A stretch of 64,000 nucleotides of DNA from a bacterium (GTDB lineage: Bacteria > Zhuqueibacterota > Zhuqueibacteria > Residuimicrobiales > Krinioviventaceae): NCBI GenBank assembly GCA_963675755.2, contig CAXXMD010000002.1:1216001-1280000 (forward strand). The letters run 5' to 3'. Within the stretch, counting starts at the first letter, position 1, and the number at the start of each line of letters is the position of its first letter. The notes below the pieces were generated by a model. That model was not told the DNA's origin. It did not search any database and worked only from the letters and a program-made list of their open reading frames with translations. Shown here in pieces: positions 27,973-39,056 of the stretch. A program made the position numbers and the translations under genes.

Positions 27973-30900
27973 ATTGCAATAACCATAAATATGCGTCTTC
28001 CAGTGTGGGTTGTACTGTTACCGCATCATCTGCAGGTTGTTCAATTGATAAACAGCGAATTCGGATCTTTTCATCTACCCGCATATGATGTATTACTGTA
28101 TACTTTTCACTCGTTTCACTAAACTCTGAGGGATCTATATAAAACTGCCAGATATGATCTTTTGCAAGGGTAACCATATTCATGGGATCACCAAGATAGC
28201 GTAATTGTCCCCTGTTCATAACCGCAACTTTATTACAGGAACTGGCTATATCTTCAATAATGTGTGTGGAAAAGATGACAATTCTTTCTCTGGCCAATTC
28301 TACCAGCAAATTTCTAAAACGAATACGTTCACGGGGATCCAAACCTGCTGTGGGTTCATCAACTACAAGAATACGTGGCAGATGTAACAGCGTTTGCGCA
28401 ATTCCCACACGTTGTTTCATACCACCGGAAAATGATTCTATCTTCTTGTGCTGATGTTCCAGCATATGAACAGCTTTTAAAACATACTCTATGCGTTCCA
28501 ACCGCTCTTTTTCATCTAATAATCCTTTAAGAATTGACTGGTAATTCAAAAACTCGAATGCCGTCATGTTCTCATACATGCCAAATTCCTGCGGTAGATA
28601 TCCAATCAATCCCTGCAGTTCTTCACGTTTTTCGTTGATATTGTACTGGTTTATCCAAATTCGTCCACGGGACTGGTCCAAAATTCCACAGATAATGCGC
28701 ATCAGTGTGGTTTTACCGGCACCATTGGGCCCCAGCAAACCAAACATACCACTGCCAATCTCGAGCGAGATTCCATCCAATGCCCGGAACGGATTCTTTT
28801 TTCGTCCAATCACTGGTATAAACTGGACCAATCGATAAAAATTCTTTCGAATTCCCTTAAACTTGCCCCGTATTCGAACGATATCAATTTTTTCACGATG
28901 CAAACGATTAGAAGTAGTATAAATCGCCAATGCCAAATACCACACAATGCCGATAAAAGCAACGATGGGTATATTGTCCCATTTCATATAAAAAATAAAC
29001 AGATTAATACCGGGTATCATCCACATGCAGAATTTAAACAATTTATCTGTTTTTGAACTTTTCCAGCGTTCCAACATGGGCTTTAGCAAATAAACCACAA
29101 AGAAAAATACAATATGGGACATGACAAACATCCAAAAACCACTGCGCAGGTAAAAATAGGTAAAGTAGATCAATCCACCTAGCAGGGGCAGTTCCCAGAC
29201 CAGGGTTTCCAGATCATGACGGGTTTTGTAGGATTTTAAAAATACCATCTTTTTCCCGCATGTGTTTACCCTTGTTCCACTCTCTTGAAAAACGGGAATA
29301 GTCGTCATAGACCTTGACCAGATGACGTATTTTTATGGTTATCTTTTCATCTGATCCTATCATTTCAGCGTTTGCACGACGCAAGCTTGTCAAGATAAAC
29401 AAAGTCATGGAAGGAATGACAAATAACAGTAAAAATACATCAATGAACCGCCATAGAATACTACTAACCTGTACATAAACCAGCCAAATTCCAAGGGCAA
29501 GTAATATTACCTGAATGAGTTTAATTTTCAATGATAAACCGTTGAACCATTCAATAGCGGTTTCAAGTCCAACATAGACCGTAGGGATAAATACCAGCGT
29601 AAACAAAGTACTGAGTGATAATCCGCCTATTACTGTTATGGCAAAAGGAGCTCCAATCTGAGAAACATATTCCGCTTTTCCCATTGCCAATGGAAGCATT
29701 GCAATAATTGTTGTAATAGCAGTGATCAGAATGGGACGGGTTCGTGCGTGTCCGGCCATCATAATCGCTCGGGTACGTGAATAATTGTTTCTAATCAACC
29801 AACGGGTATAATCTATAAAGATAATACCATTATTCACCACAACACCCAACAGGATAAGAAATCCTATTAACGTATTGGCATTGAGGATTGAATTACCTGT
29901 AAAGATCAGCGCCCATAACGATCCGATAGCAGCAAGCGGTATAGTGAACATCATAACCAAAGGAGTAGAAACCGATTCAAATACCGAAGCAAGAATCATA
30001 AAAATCAAAATAAATGCAGCGCCAATCAAAAAGTAAAAATCATCAAGTCCCAGATCTTCATGTATAATTTCTACTGCAACACCTGAAGGGAATTGCAGAT
30101 TTGCTACTAGCTGATCAATCTCGTAACGAGCATCATCAAGATACTCTTTGGAATCCAATACTTCATCAATAAACCGGTAATTGACTTCTATCAATTTTTC
30201 CTGGTTTACTCTGTTAATGCCGGCAAGTCCCTCAGAATAGATAATCTGGCTGAGATTCTGCAATTCATAGTTTCCACCGGATGAAGACGGAACCTGCAAT
30301 TCCTGTAAATCCTGAAATTTCTTTTCTTCCGTATTATCACTACGGATTACAATATCATATTCTTCATCATCCGTTTTAAAATTGACATTTGCGGAAAACT
30401 CTTCCTGAAACGCTGACAATTCACTGGATACAGAAGACAAGGGTACATTGTACATGCTGAGAATATTTTTATCCAGCATCAGGTGTATTTCGGGACGATT
30501 GTCAGAAACATTGACATTCGCATTATTTATTGATGTCAAATCCTCAAGATAGGTAACCAGATCATCAGCAACATTACGCATGATCTGAAAATCCGTGCCC
30601 TTGATTTCAATGCGCTCTTCTTCCCCACCAATTCCCAGCATCCTCTCAAATGAAGCACCAGGATTACGTGAACCGCCGCCTCCACGGAACCGACTGCTTG
30701 ATGTAGGCTCTGTAAAACTGATTTCAGATACCGGCAGCCGCATCCGGTCTATGCCTTCTTCAATATTATCTTTTATTTGCGGAATGATTCGTTTATTGAT
30801 GTCATAATAATCATCTTTGAGGATGATTGTAAGAATGGCCTCTTCTTCATAAATTTTAGAGATTACATCCTGTTTTTCTTCCAGACTTTCAAGCTGGCTT

Positions 30901-32648
30901 TCAACTTTGGCAACAAGCTGATCTGTATTCTCAAGTGTTGAACCACTTGGCATGGTAACGTACAGATTGATCTCTGTGGTTTCAGCCTCACTTCCTACGT
31001 TGATACTGACAGCCAAAGCGATCAATAAAGTTACAAAAAATGCTACTACCGTTAAAACGATAGTTCGAGCAGGATACCGCAAACAGGATTTCAGCAAAAC
31101 ATTATAGATTTGAAACAAACGGTTCTTCATGGATATCTGCACAAAATGGGTTATTTTGGTCATCCCCGAATGTTTTAGAATAAAATGAATAGCCATGGGA
31201 ATTAACAACAAAGCGACAACCAGGGAAACACCCAAAGTAGAAATAATTGAAACACCTACATGCCTGCCAAGCAATTTCACAAAAACGTTGGAAGCAAAAA
31301 TAAAGGGCAGGAATACGGTAATGGTTGTTAACGTTGCCGCGAATATGGAACGCCAGACCTGTGTTGTTCCATTCAAAACAGCATAATCCGGATCTTTACG
31401 ATTGGCATATAATCGATATATATTCTCCAGCACCACCACCGCATTGTCAAGCAGCATTCCTATGGCAAGGGCCATCCCTACCAGTGTCAGGCTGTTTATG
31501 CTGACATCAAAGGCATAAAAAAGGTTAAACGCAGTAATAATAGAGATGGGGATTGCCAAGGCGATAATAACAACCATGCGCATATTTCTTAAAAAGATCC
31601 ACAAGACCAGAACAGCCATCAAACCACCGGTCAGCGCAAGTTCCTTTATCAGGTTTATATTGGTTTCGACTGTTTCGGCAGAATCAGTTTGAATGACAAC
31701 TTCAACATCATCATTCTTTAATTCCCGGTTTAATCGGTCAATAACTTTGCGTGTATTGTGAGACAACACGATGAGATTCACCTGGGTATCACGCACAAGC
31801 TGTAATGTAATTGCATCCTTGCCGTTTACCCGGCTGATGGTCTCTTGCTGTTTCAAGCCAAAATAAACATCAGCAACATCTTTGAGATAAACAGGTCCCT
31901 CTTGATTAACGATAATATTTTCAATTTGAGAAACATCTGTGTAATCGGCAGTAATATTTACAAAGTAATGTAAATCATTCTGATAAACATGCCCTGCAAA
32001 GCTTTTGTATTGATTATTCCTGGCAATCAATTGACGAATTGTTGCCGTGGTAATGCCATAGGCTTTACTGGCCTCTTCACTGACAATCACTTCAATAGAT
32101 TGCTGCTGACCACCCAGCGTTTCCACACTTGCCATACCATCAATATTTGCAAGCTCGTCGGTAATCTTTTGATCAATGACCGCGCGAATCCGCTCTAAAC
32201 CACCGCTTCCCCGGACCTGTAATGTCATAAACATGTTTGCCAATTGTTCGGTATCTATCTTCATGACATTGATCATAAACTCGTCTTCAAGTTCGGCTTT
32301 TAAAGCGGTAAGACGCTCTTCAAGGCGGAGATATGCGTATTTGATATTTACACTGGGATTAAAGTAGATAAAAACCGTACTGCGTCCCCGATCAGCAAAT
32401 GATTCTATTTTGTCAATCCCTTCAAGAGTACTAACTACACCCTCAACCGGGATAATGGCTTTTTTCTCAATATATTCCGGGTCTGTATCCTGCGCACCGG
32501 CAATAGATACAATCAAATACGGCATTTCTGTGTTAGGCAGTAATTCCACCGGAAGCTGATAGTAGGAAACCAGCCCCAGAAGACACAGGCCCACAAACAG
32601 CATTGAGATAAAAACTTTACGATTAATAATAAAACGTACTATTTCCAT
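27944..32648 (-). CDS. RND permease (AcrB-like) fused to extra TM segments and an ABC ATPase domain; broken into ORFs 29214-32648 and 27944-29308 by a +1 frameshift near 29234-29258
   Basis: RND: LPVELLP, GMLLDNAVVVLENI, GVVVNNGII, RTRPILIT, AITVIGGL; ABC: GPNGAGKTT, GYLPQE, FSGGMKQR, LVVDEPT, STH; the two frames overlap 95 nt and removing one base gives a 1567-aa protein. Confidence 0.8.
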
Positions 32649-32660
32649 AATTCAGCACCG

Positions 32661-35600
32661 TTAATCCGGATATGTGGGATTGATTAACCGATCTATTTTC
32701 AGATAAACACATGGTATCACGATCAGGGTCAACAGTGTTGAACTCACCAAACCTCCGATCACTGCAAGGGCCAATGGAGATCGCAGCGAAGCGCCTTCTC
32801 CTATGCCCAATGTCAACGGTAATAAAGCCAGAATTGTCGTCAAACTGGTCATAATGATGGGACGAATACGTCGCTGTCCCGCAGCAAGAATAGCTTCTCT
32901 GCGTGGTATACCTTCCTGCTTGATCTGGTTTATAGCATCAACGAGAATAATAGAGTCATTTACCGCAATACCGGCAAGCATAATCATACCGATAAATGCC
33001 ATTACATTAAAAGTTTGTCCCATAATCAGGAACAATAAAACAGATCCAACACCTGCAAGCGGTATGGTTAACAATATGGTAAAAGGATGAACCAGAGATT
33101 CAAATTGAGATGCCATGACCATATATACCAGAATGATAGATAATAACAATGCAAATTTCAAATTACCAAAGGCTTCACGGCGCATCAATTCTTCACCAGC
33201 GACTTCATACCGGTATTCCGGAGGCAGTTCGAGCTGGTCCATTTCATCCTGAATTTGTGATACAATAGCATTCAAAGGTTTATCACTCTGAATTTGTGCA
33301 GACAATTTGCCAATTCTTACCTGATTACGACGATAAATTTCATTCAACGTCTGACTGGTTTCAATATCAGCAAGTTGGTCGAGTCTATACACCTCGTTAC
33401 CGGAGCGAATTTCAAGTCCGGGAAGTTCATTCAAAGTGACATCCGGTACTTTGACAAGTATATCCTGGCTTTCGCCTTCGTTCTGCCAGTCACCGGCCTC
33501 ACGACCCGAGAGATGGTCTTCAATCTGCTGTGTAATGGTTTCAATATTGATACCCAACAAACCAGATCGAACCCGATCGACATGGACCTGAACTTCGGGG
33601 CGACCTTCATCAAAATTAGTAGTCATATTTACCAGATCACTGATATTTTCCAAACGCTGTTTTGCCTGTTCTGTCAAAGTTTGTATGGTTTCCAGATCCT
33701 GTCCCTGGATTTCCACAACAATGGGTGAACTTTCAGTACCCAGAATATTCTGCAATTCAGATTGTTCCTGAACGATATCAAATTCAAAATCAGCAATCTG
33801 ATGTAATGCGATCGAAAGCTTTGAAATAACTTGCTTTCCGGTCTCTTTATGATCAGGTACTAATTTGAATAAAATGGATGCTGTATTTTCATCCTGATAC
33901 TCGGTCTCTTCAAGACCGGTCAAGCTGGTTGTTGGTCCAATAAGACTGTATAAAATTTCTATTTCATCACCAAGCATATTTTGAACAACAGTTTCAATAT
34001 TCCTGACCGTACCTTCTGTGCGATTGATCTCTGTGCCTTCCGCAAGACGGATATTGATTGTAAAATCATTAGACTCTGTTTTGGGTATAAACTCACTACC
34101 TACTACCGGTAGCAGAAAATAGGTACCCACAACCAGAACCAAGGCAATCAATATAACTCTACCGGAATTGTTCAACACTTTGGCCAGAAAACCAGGGTAT
34201 CCTGGAAAGCCTACAGATGTCATTTTTTTGGATTTTTCATGCTTTAACAACCAAACACTCAACATGGGTATCACAAGAATCGCAACAAATAATGACGATA
34301 TCAGAGAAAAAGCAACCGTCCAGGCTTGATCTTTGAACAATTCGCCGGCAGAGCCGTGCATATAGACGATGGGTAAAAACACAACGATGGTAGTCAGAGT
34401 AGACGCAGTAATTGCGCCACCTACTGTTGCAGTTCCCTTGATGGCTGCATCTTTGAGTGAAAATCCATCTTCCAGGTAACGGTAAATGTTTTCCACTACA
34501 ATTATAGCATTATCTACCAGCATACCGGCGCCAAGAGCAAGGCCACCCAAAGTCATAATATTGAGTGTTAATCCTTTAAAATAAAGCAGATTAAATGTTG
34601 CCACAATAGAAATGGGGATAGCTATACTGATAATTGATGTAACCCCAAAACGTCTTAAAAATACATATAAAACCAGTACCGCAAGCAGAACACCAATGAG
34701 TGCAGTTTGTTTGACTTCATTCACTGAGGAGATAATAAAGTCACCCTGGTTTCGTATCAATTGAAATTCATAACCGGGAAGCGCGGCTTTTAATTCATCA
34801 AGCTCGCCGAGCAATAGTTCAACAGCTTTGACTGTATTGAACCGGGTTTCTTTATATATTGCCAACGCCATACAGCGTTGACCATTAACATGTACAATAT
34901 TGTCCGGTTCATGATTCACAAACCTTACCTCTGCAACATCTTTGAGAAAGACGGGAATCCGGTTTGAAACACTTGCGTCTGAACTTGTGGTAGATACGTT
35001 AGAAGCTGTTTCCTGTTTATAAGTCACAATAACATTTTCAATATCTTCAATGGTTTTAAACTCTCCCACACCTTTGATGATATATTTTCGTCCCATCTCT
35101 TGAATAGAACCACCAGACATGTTTAAATTATAGCTGGCAAGTTGCTGTGCAATCAAATCCGTTGTAATTCCAAAAGCTTCCAATAGATATGAATTGGTCT
35201 CAACGACAACCTCCTGAACCTCCTGGCCCAACAATTCCACTTCGGCTATACCTTCAAGGCGTACCAGTTCATTACGGATATAGTTTTCCGCAACCTGTCG
35301 CAATTCATCCATATCGGTTATTTCAGGATGACTGAATCCCAACAGCATAACCGGAGCGGCATTGGGATCGTAACGGGATATGGTCAACTCGTCAATGTCC
35401 GAATTTTGCTCAAAGCTGGTAAGGGCTTTTTGCAGATCCAGGAATGTTTCATCCATATCCGCATCCCAGGTGTATTCTACAGTGATCTCGGCAGTTCCAA
35501 CACGAGAAATAGAAGAAACCTGTACTGCGTGACGTTGACGAATTGCTATGGACTCTATGTTTTCCACAAACTGTTTTTCAATTTCGTCAGGTGGACGTTC

Positions 35601-35759
35601 CCCAGCTTTTAATTCAATGAAAATCTTGGGACTGTTCAGATCCGGGAACAGATCCATTCCCAATTTTTTAAAAGAAATGAAACCCAGTAACAAAAATGCC
35701 AATACAAGCATTAAAATTGAAACGGGATATTGTACCGAAAATTTTGCCAGTTTTTCCAT
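32661..35759 (-). CDS. efflux RND transporter permease subunit (AcrB-like)
   Basis: LGMDLFPDL, GMLVDNAIIVVENI, GIAVNDSIILVD, RIRPIIMTSLTT, VIGGLVSSTLLTL; 1032 aa. Confidence 0.95.
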   Translation of the reverse strand: MEKLAKFSVQYPVSILMLVLAFLLLGFISFKKLGMDLFPDLNSPKIFIELKAGERPPDEIEKQFVENIESIAIRQRHAVQVSSISRVGTAEITVEYTWDADMDETFLDLQKALTSFEQNSDIDELTISRYDPNAAPVMLLGFSHPEITDMDELRQVAENYIRNELVRLEGIAEVELLGQEVQEVVVETNSYLLEAFGITTDLIAQQLASYNLNMSGGSIQEMGRKYIIKGVGEFKTIEDIENVIVTYKQETASNVSTTSSDASVSNRIPVFLKDVAEVRFVNHEPDNIVHVNGQRCMALAIYKETRFNTVKAVELLLGELDELKAALPGYEFQLIRNQGDFIISSVNEVKQTALIGVLLAVLVLYVFLRRFGVTSIISIAIPISIVATFNLLYFKGLTLNIMTLGGLALGAGMLVDNAIIVVENIYRYLEDGFSLKDAAIKGTATVGGAITASTLTTIVVFLPIVYMHGSAGELFKDQAWTVAFSLISSLFVAILVIPMLSVWLLKHEKSKKMTSVGFPGYPGFLAKVLNNSGRVILIALVLVVGTYFLLPVVGSEFIPKTESNDFTINIRLAEGTEINRTEGTVRNIETVVQNMLGDEIEILYSLIGPTTSLTGLEETEYQDENTASILFKLVPDHKETGKQVISKLSIALHQIADFEFDIVQEQSELQNILGTESSPIVVEIQGQDLETIQTLTEQAKQRLENISDLVNMTTNFDEGRPEVQVHVDRVRSGLLGINIETITQQIEDHLSGREAGDWQNEGESQDILVKVPDVTLNELPGLEIRSGNEVYRLDQLADIETSQTLNEIYRRNQVRIGKLSAQIQSDKPLNAIVSQIQDEMDQLELPPEYRYEVAGEELMRREAFGNLKFALLLSIILVYMVMASQFESLVHPFTILLTIPLAGVGSVLLFLIMGQTFNVMAFIGMIMLAGIAVNDSIILVDAINQIKQEGIPRREAILAAGQRRIRPIIMTSLTTILALLPLTLGIGEGASLRSPLALAVIGGLVSSTLLTLIVIPCVYLKIDRLINPTYPD

Positions 35760-35768
35760 AATAAACCG

Positions 35769-36824
35769 CTATCGTATTATTTTGACTTTGGAGTGATCAC
35801 GCAATGTTTCATAACCTTTAATGATTATGCGATCATTTTCTTTCAGGCCTTCAAGCACTTGAACCTGTAATGGATTTTCAATACCAGTAACAATCCGTCT
35901 GTCTTCTGCCGCACCTTTTTCAACCACAAAAACCCGTTTTGAATCGCCTCGGGCTAAAATGATCTCTTTGGGAACAACCAGCGCACTGTCTTCACTGGCA
36001 ACAATAATTTCAGATTTAACAAACATGCCCGGTCTGAATAATAACTTGGCATTATCTACTTCTACTGCAACTTTGAAAGAACGACTGTCCGGGTCCAAGG
36101 CCGGTGCAACCTGTGTTACATTGCCGTTCAGGGTATCATCTTTAACCATATAATTCATAATGCGAACAGGCTGTTCTTTATCTACACGGCCCAATTCTTT
36201 ACCTGGTAAAGAAAGCTCAAGATAAAGTTTTCGATAGTCCATCAATTCAACAATCAACACACCTGTTTCAACGCGTGTTCCCGGGGTAAAATAGGGCAAG
36301 TCAACAATAACGCCATCAAAAGGAGCAATAACTTTAGTTTTGGCAAGCTGTAATACAGCATTTTCATAACTGTATTTAGCATCAATATAAGATATTTCTG
36401 CATTTTTCAATTCACGAAAAGTGACCCCTCCCTTTTCGTACAAGGATTGCTGCTTGGTATACTCGCTTTCAGACACTTCAAGGTTGAGCTTTTGCGACTC
36501 GAACGCGATGGAATTTTCCAGTTCAGGATTGTCCAGATACACAATCACCTGGTCTTTTTTCACCTGATCACCCATCTGAAACGGTTTTCCTGTCATCGGA
36601 TTTTTAGCTATACGATAATATCCATTGGTTTCAGAATTCAGTTCAACAACCTTTGTTGCATAGACAGTTCCGGTTGCAGAAACATATTCTTGAATGGGCT
36701 GAGGTTTTAATTCTTCCACAGAAACCGGAACTGCAATCTGCATATCCATTCCGGCATCCTGGCGACTACATGCCGAAAACATTACAAGAAAAGCAGCAAA
36801 CAAAATGATTAAATACTTTTTCAT
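35769..36824 (-). CDS. RND periplasmic adaptor (membrane fusion protein), lipoprotein
   Basis: Lipobox FSAC; VIAPFDGVI, FRPGMFV, VVPKEII, VLEGLKEND; start placed at ATG 36824. Confidence 0.93.
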   Translation of the reverse strand: MKKYLIILFAAFLVMFSACSRQDAGMDMQIAVPVSVEELKPQPIQEYVSATGTVYATKVVELNSETNGYYRIAKNPMTGKPFQMGDQVKKDQVIVYLDNPELENSIAFESQKLNLEVSESEYTKQQSLYEKGGVTFRELKNAEISYIDAKYSYENAVLQLAKTKVIAPFDGVIVDLPYFTPGTRVETGVLIVELMDYRKLYLELSLPGKELGRVDKEQPVRIMNYMVKDDTLNGNVTQVAPALDPDSRSFKVAVEVDNAKLLFRPGMFVKSEIIVASEDSALVVPKEIILARGDSKRVFVVEKGAAEDRRIVTGIENPLQVQVLEGLKENDRIIIKGYETLRDHSKVKIIR

Positions 36825-36844
36825 AAGACAATTCCTTGACACGT

Positions 36845-37186
36845 TTATTGTTTTTCCCTGCCGCGATACAACTTGATTTCAACTTTTTCAAGTGTCACGA
36901 GTCCCTCTTTGATCACATCTTTAATGTGGGGCCAAAACGATTCAATTTTTTCTATTGTATCAACTATTTCAATAATAATAGGTAAATCTTCAGACAAGCG
37001 TAATATTTTTGATGTATGCAATTTACTGGTTGGACCAAATCCTTCTATACCTCGTATAACCGTAGCGCCTGCCAGCCCTTGCTCTCTGGCTTTTCGTACA
37101 ATCCATTCATACAAGGGTTTGTGCTCGTATTTATCACTTTCTCCAATAAAAATGCGTAACAGGTGTCCCTGTTCTTCGAGCTTCAT
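36845..37186 (-). CDS. DUF190 family PII-like protein
   Basis: LLRIFIGESD...PLYE...GLAGATVIRGIEGFG...LSEDLPIIIEIVD. Confidence 0.93.
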   Translation of the reverse strand: MKLEEQGHLLRIFIGESDKYEHKPLYEWIVRKAREQGLAGATVIRGIEGFGPTSKLHTSKILRLSEDLPIIIEIVDTIEKIESFWPHIKDVIKEGLVTLEKVEIKLYRGREKQ

Positions 37187-37196
37187 ACGATTCTCC

Positions 37197-37574
37197 TTAA
37201 ATCATACGGGAGACAAAATCTCCCAGATATACAGCGGATAAACCCAATAAAATATGTACAACCACATTAACCACTGCCGGTGCTACTTGTCCATCACGAA
37301 TAAAACTGAATGATTCATATCCAAAAGTTGAAAACGTGGTAAAACTTCCCAAAACACCCACAAAAAGAATCAATCGGGTTTCGGTATGAAACACGCCATG
37401 TGTTTCACCAATCCCATTCAACAAACCAATGATAAAACAACCTAAAATATTTACAGTCATGGTACCATAAGGGAAATATGCTTTATCTAATATCTGGTGA
37501 ACCAAACCGCCTACTGCATATCGCAATATTGCACCAATGAATCCGCCTATACCTACTAGTAATGCTTTGAACAA
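37197..37574 (-). CDS. crcB: fluoride channel CrcB/Fluc
   Basis: GGFIGAILRY, FPYGTMTVNILGCFIIG, GSFTTFSTF..E. Confidence 0.95.
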   Translation of the reverse strand: MFKALLVGIGGFIGAILRYAVGGLVHQILDKAYFPYGTMTVNILGCFIIGLLNGIGETHGVFHTETRLILFVGVLGSFTTFSTFGYESFSFIRDGQVAPAVVNVVVHILLGLSAVYLGDFVSRMI

Positions 37575-37586
37575 ATCAAACTCCCT

Positions 37587-39047
37587 TTAATGCTTTTCAT
37601 ATTCCGGAACTACCGGCTCATTTCTCACAAAATCCCACATGGATTCAATCTTTAAATTCAGGAGCGCCAATTTGTAATCAATCAAAGCAGAAATCAGGCT
37701 GTTTTTACGATCAGATAACTGGGTCTGATATAAATTCAGATCCATACTGGTGAGGTCTCCATTCTGATATTTTTCAAGATTAATCTCATACGTCAACTCT
37801 GAATTTCTAACATTCTGACGGGCGATATCAATTTGAATTTCAAGGTTTTGCAGATTACGCACAGCCTGGCGGATACCAATAATGATATCATCTTTTTGGG
37901 TTCTTTCCCTCAACCGGTTGGTCTCTAGCGTCGCTTCAGATGCTTTAATGCGGGCCTTGCGTTCACCCCAGTCAAACAATGGTATGTCAAAAGAAACCGC
38001 AACACGTTGGTTTTTGGTAGCTTCGTCATAAATATCCGCATACTGTTCATTGGTCCCGATAATACCATAAGAGACGGTTACATCCCCTTTGAATTCATTA
38101 TATGCTTTGGTTTCAGTCAAAGTAGCCAAAGCATTTTCAATATCAATACTACGTTGGCGCATTTCCATACGGCTTGCCAAACCTGTATCAATCGCTTTTT
38201 GCATATCTACTTTGACCGGTACATGTGTAACATCTGCCGTTACATCTACATTTTCAAGAATTGAAATACCAATCATTTGTTTGAACTGGTCCAAAGCATT
38301 GTCCCATGTTAGTTTGGCATTTTGCATTGTTGATTTACTGGTAGCCAGGTTGACTTCTGCCTGATACAGTTCTTCCATTGCAGAGATACCAGCATCCACC
38401 TTGTTTTTAATGATCTGATAACTGGCTTCCTGATTATTATATTCTTCAACAGCGATATTATAACTCATCTTGGCACTGTACACGCTGTAATAAGATTGCG
38501 TTACATTGTATTCAAGCATCAACATACGCAATGCGTAATTGATAGACGCATTTTCAAGGTCCAACTCTAGAGATCGCAACTCCAATCGGGTACGATTATA
38601 TGTAAATATGGGCTGGTTATAACTGAGATAGAGGTTATTGCTATATGTCTCTTGCCGTGAGTCACTGAACTCACTGTATGCGTCCTGCCATTCAAGCTGA
38701 TTGTTCAAAGAAATGGTTCCATCGGTCCATTCAATGGGTTGGGAAATGCTGAATACACCGGAATAAGAGGTGTTTTCATTGGTATTCCAGGTATTATAAA
38801 AAGTATTAAATTCTCTTACCTTTGTATATTCAAAAGGTGTTACAGACAAGTTGAACTTGGAACGCAATGCTGCCTTTTGGGCTTTTAATAATTGCTGGCT
38901 GCGCTCAAGTGATAGACGATATTCCATAATATCAGGGCTATTTTCACGTGCTGTTTCCATTGCACTTTCAAGGGTAAACATTTTCTGAGCAAAAGTCAGC
39001 GGCGTGATACAAAAGACCAAAACGATCAGAACATTGAGATATTTCAT
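37587..39047 (-). CDS. TolC family outer membrane efflux protein
   Basis: Signal peptide; FTLESAMETARENSP, SYNQPIF, FDIPLFDWG, YQNG; helical repeats. Confidence 0.9.
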   Translation of the reverse strand: MKYLNVLIVLVFCITPLTFAQKMFTLESAMETARENSPDIMEYRLSLERSQQLLKAQKAALRSKFNLSVTPFEYTKVREFNTFYNTWNTNENTSYSGVFSISQPIEWTDGTISLNNQLEWQDAYSEFSDSRQETYSNNLYLSYNQPIFTYNRTRLELRSLELDLENASINYALRMLMLEYNVTQSYYSVYSAKMSYNIAVEEYNNQEASYQIIKNKVDAGISAMEELYQAEVNLATSKSTMQNAKLTWDNALDQFKQMIGISILENVDVTADVTHVPVKVDMQKAIDTGLASRMEMRQRSIDIENALATLTETKAYNEFKGDVTVSYGIIGTNEQYADIYDEATKNQRVAVSFDIPLFDWGERKARIKASEATLETNRLRERTQKDDIIIGIRQAVRNLQNLEIQIDIARQNVRNSELTYEINLEKYQNGDLTSMDLNLYQTQLSDRKNSLISALIDYKLALLNLKIESMWDFVRNEPVVPEYEKH

Positions 39048-39056
39048 TTACATTCC

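Noticed and set aside
29214-29216. Stop read-through or selenocysteine at the RND TGA
   Set aside because: In-frame read-through stays out of frame with the ATPase and ends at a TAA within about 60 codons; a +1 shift is required.
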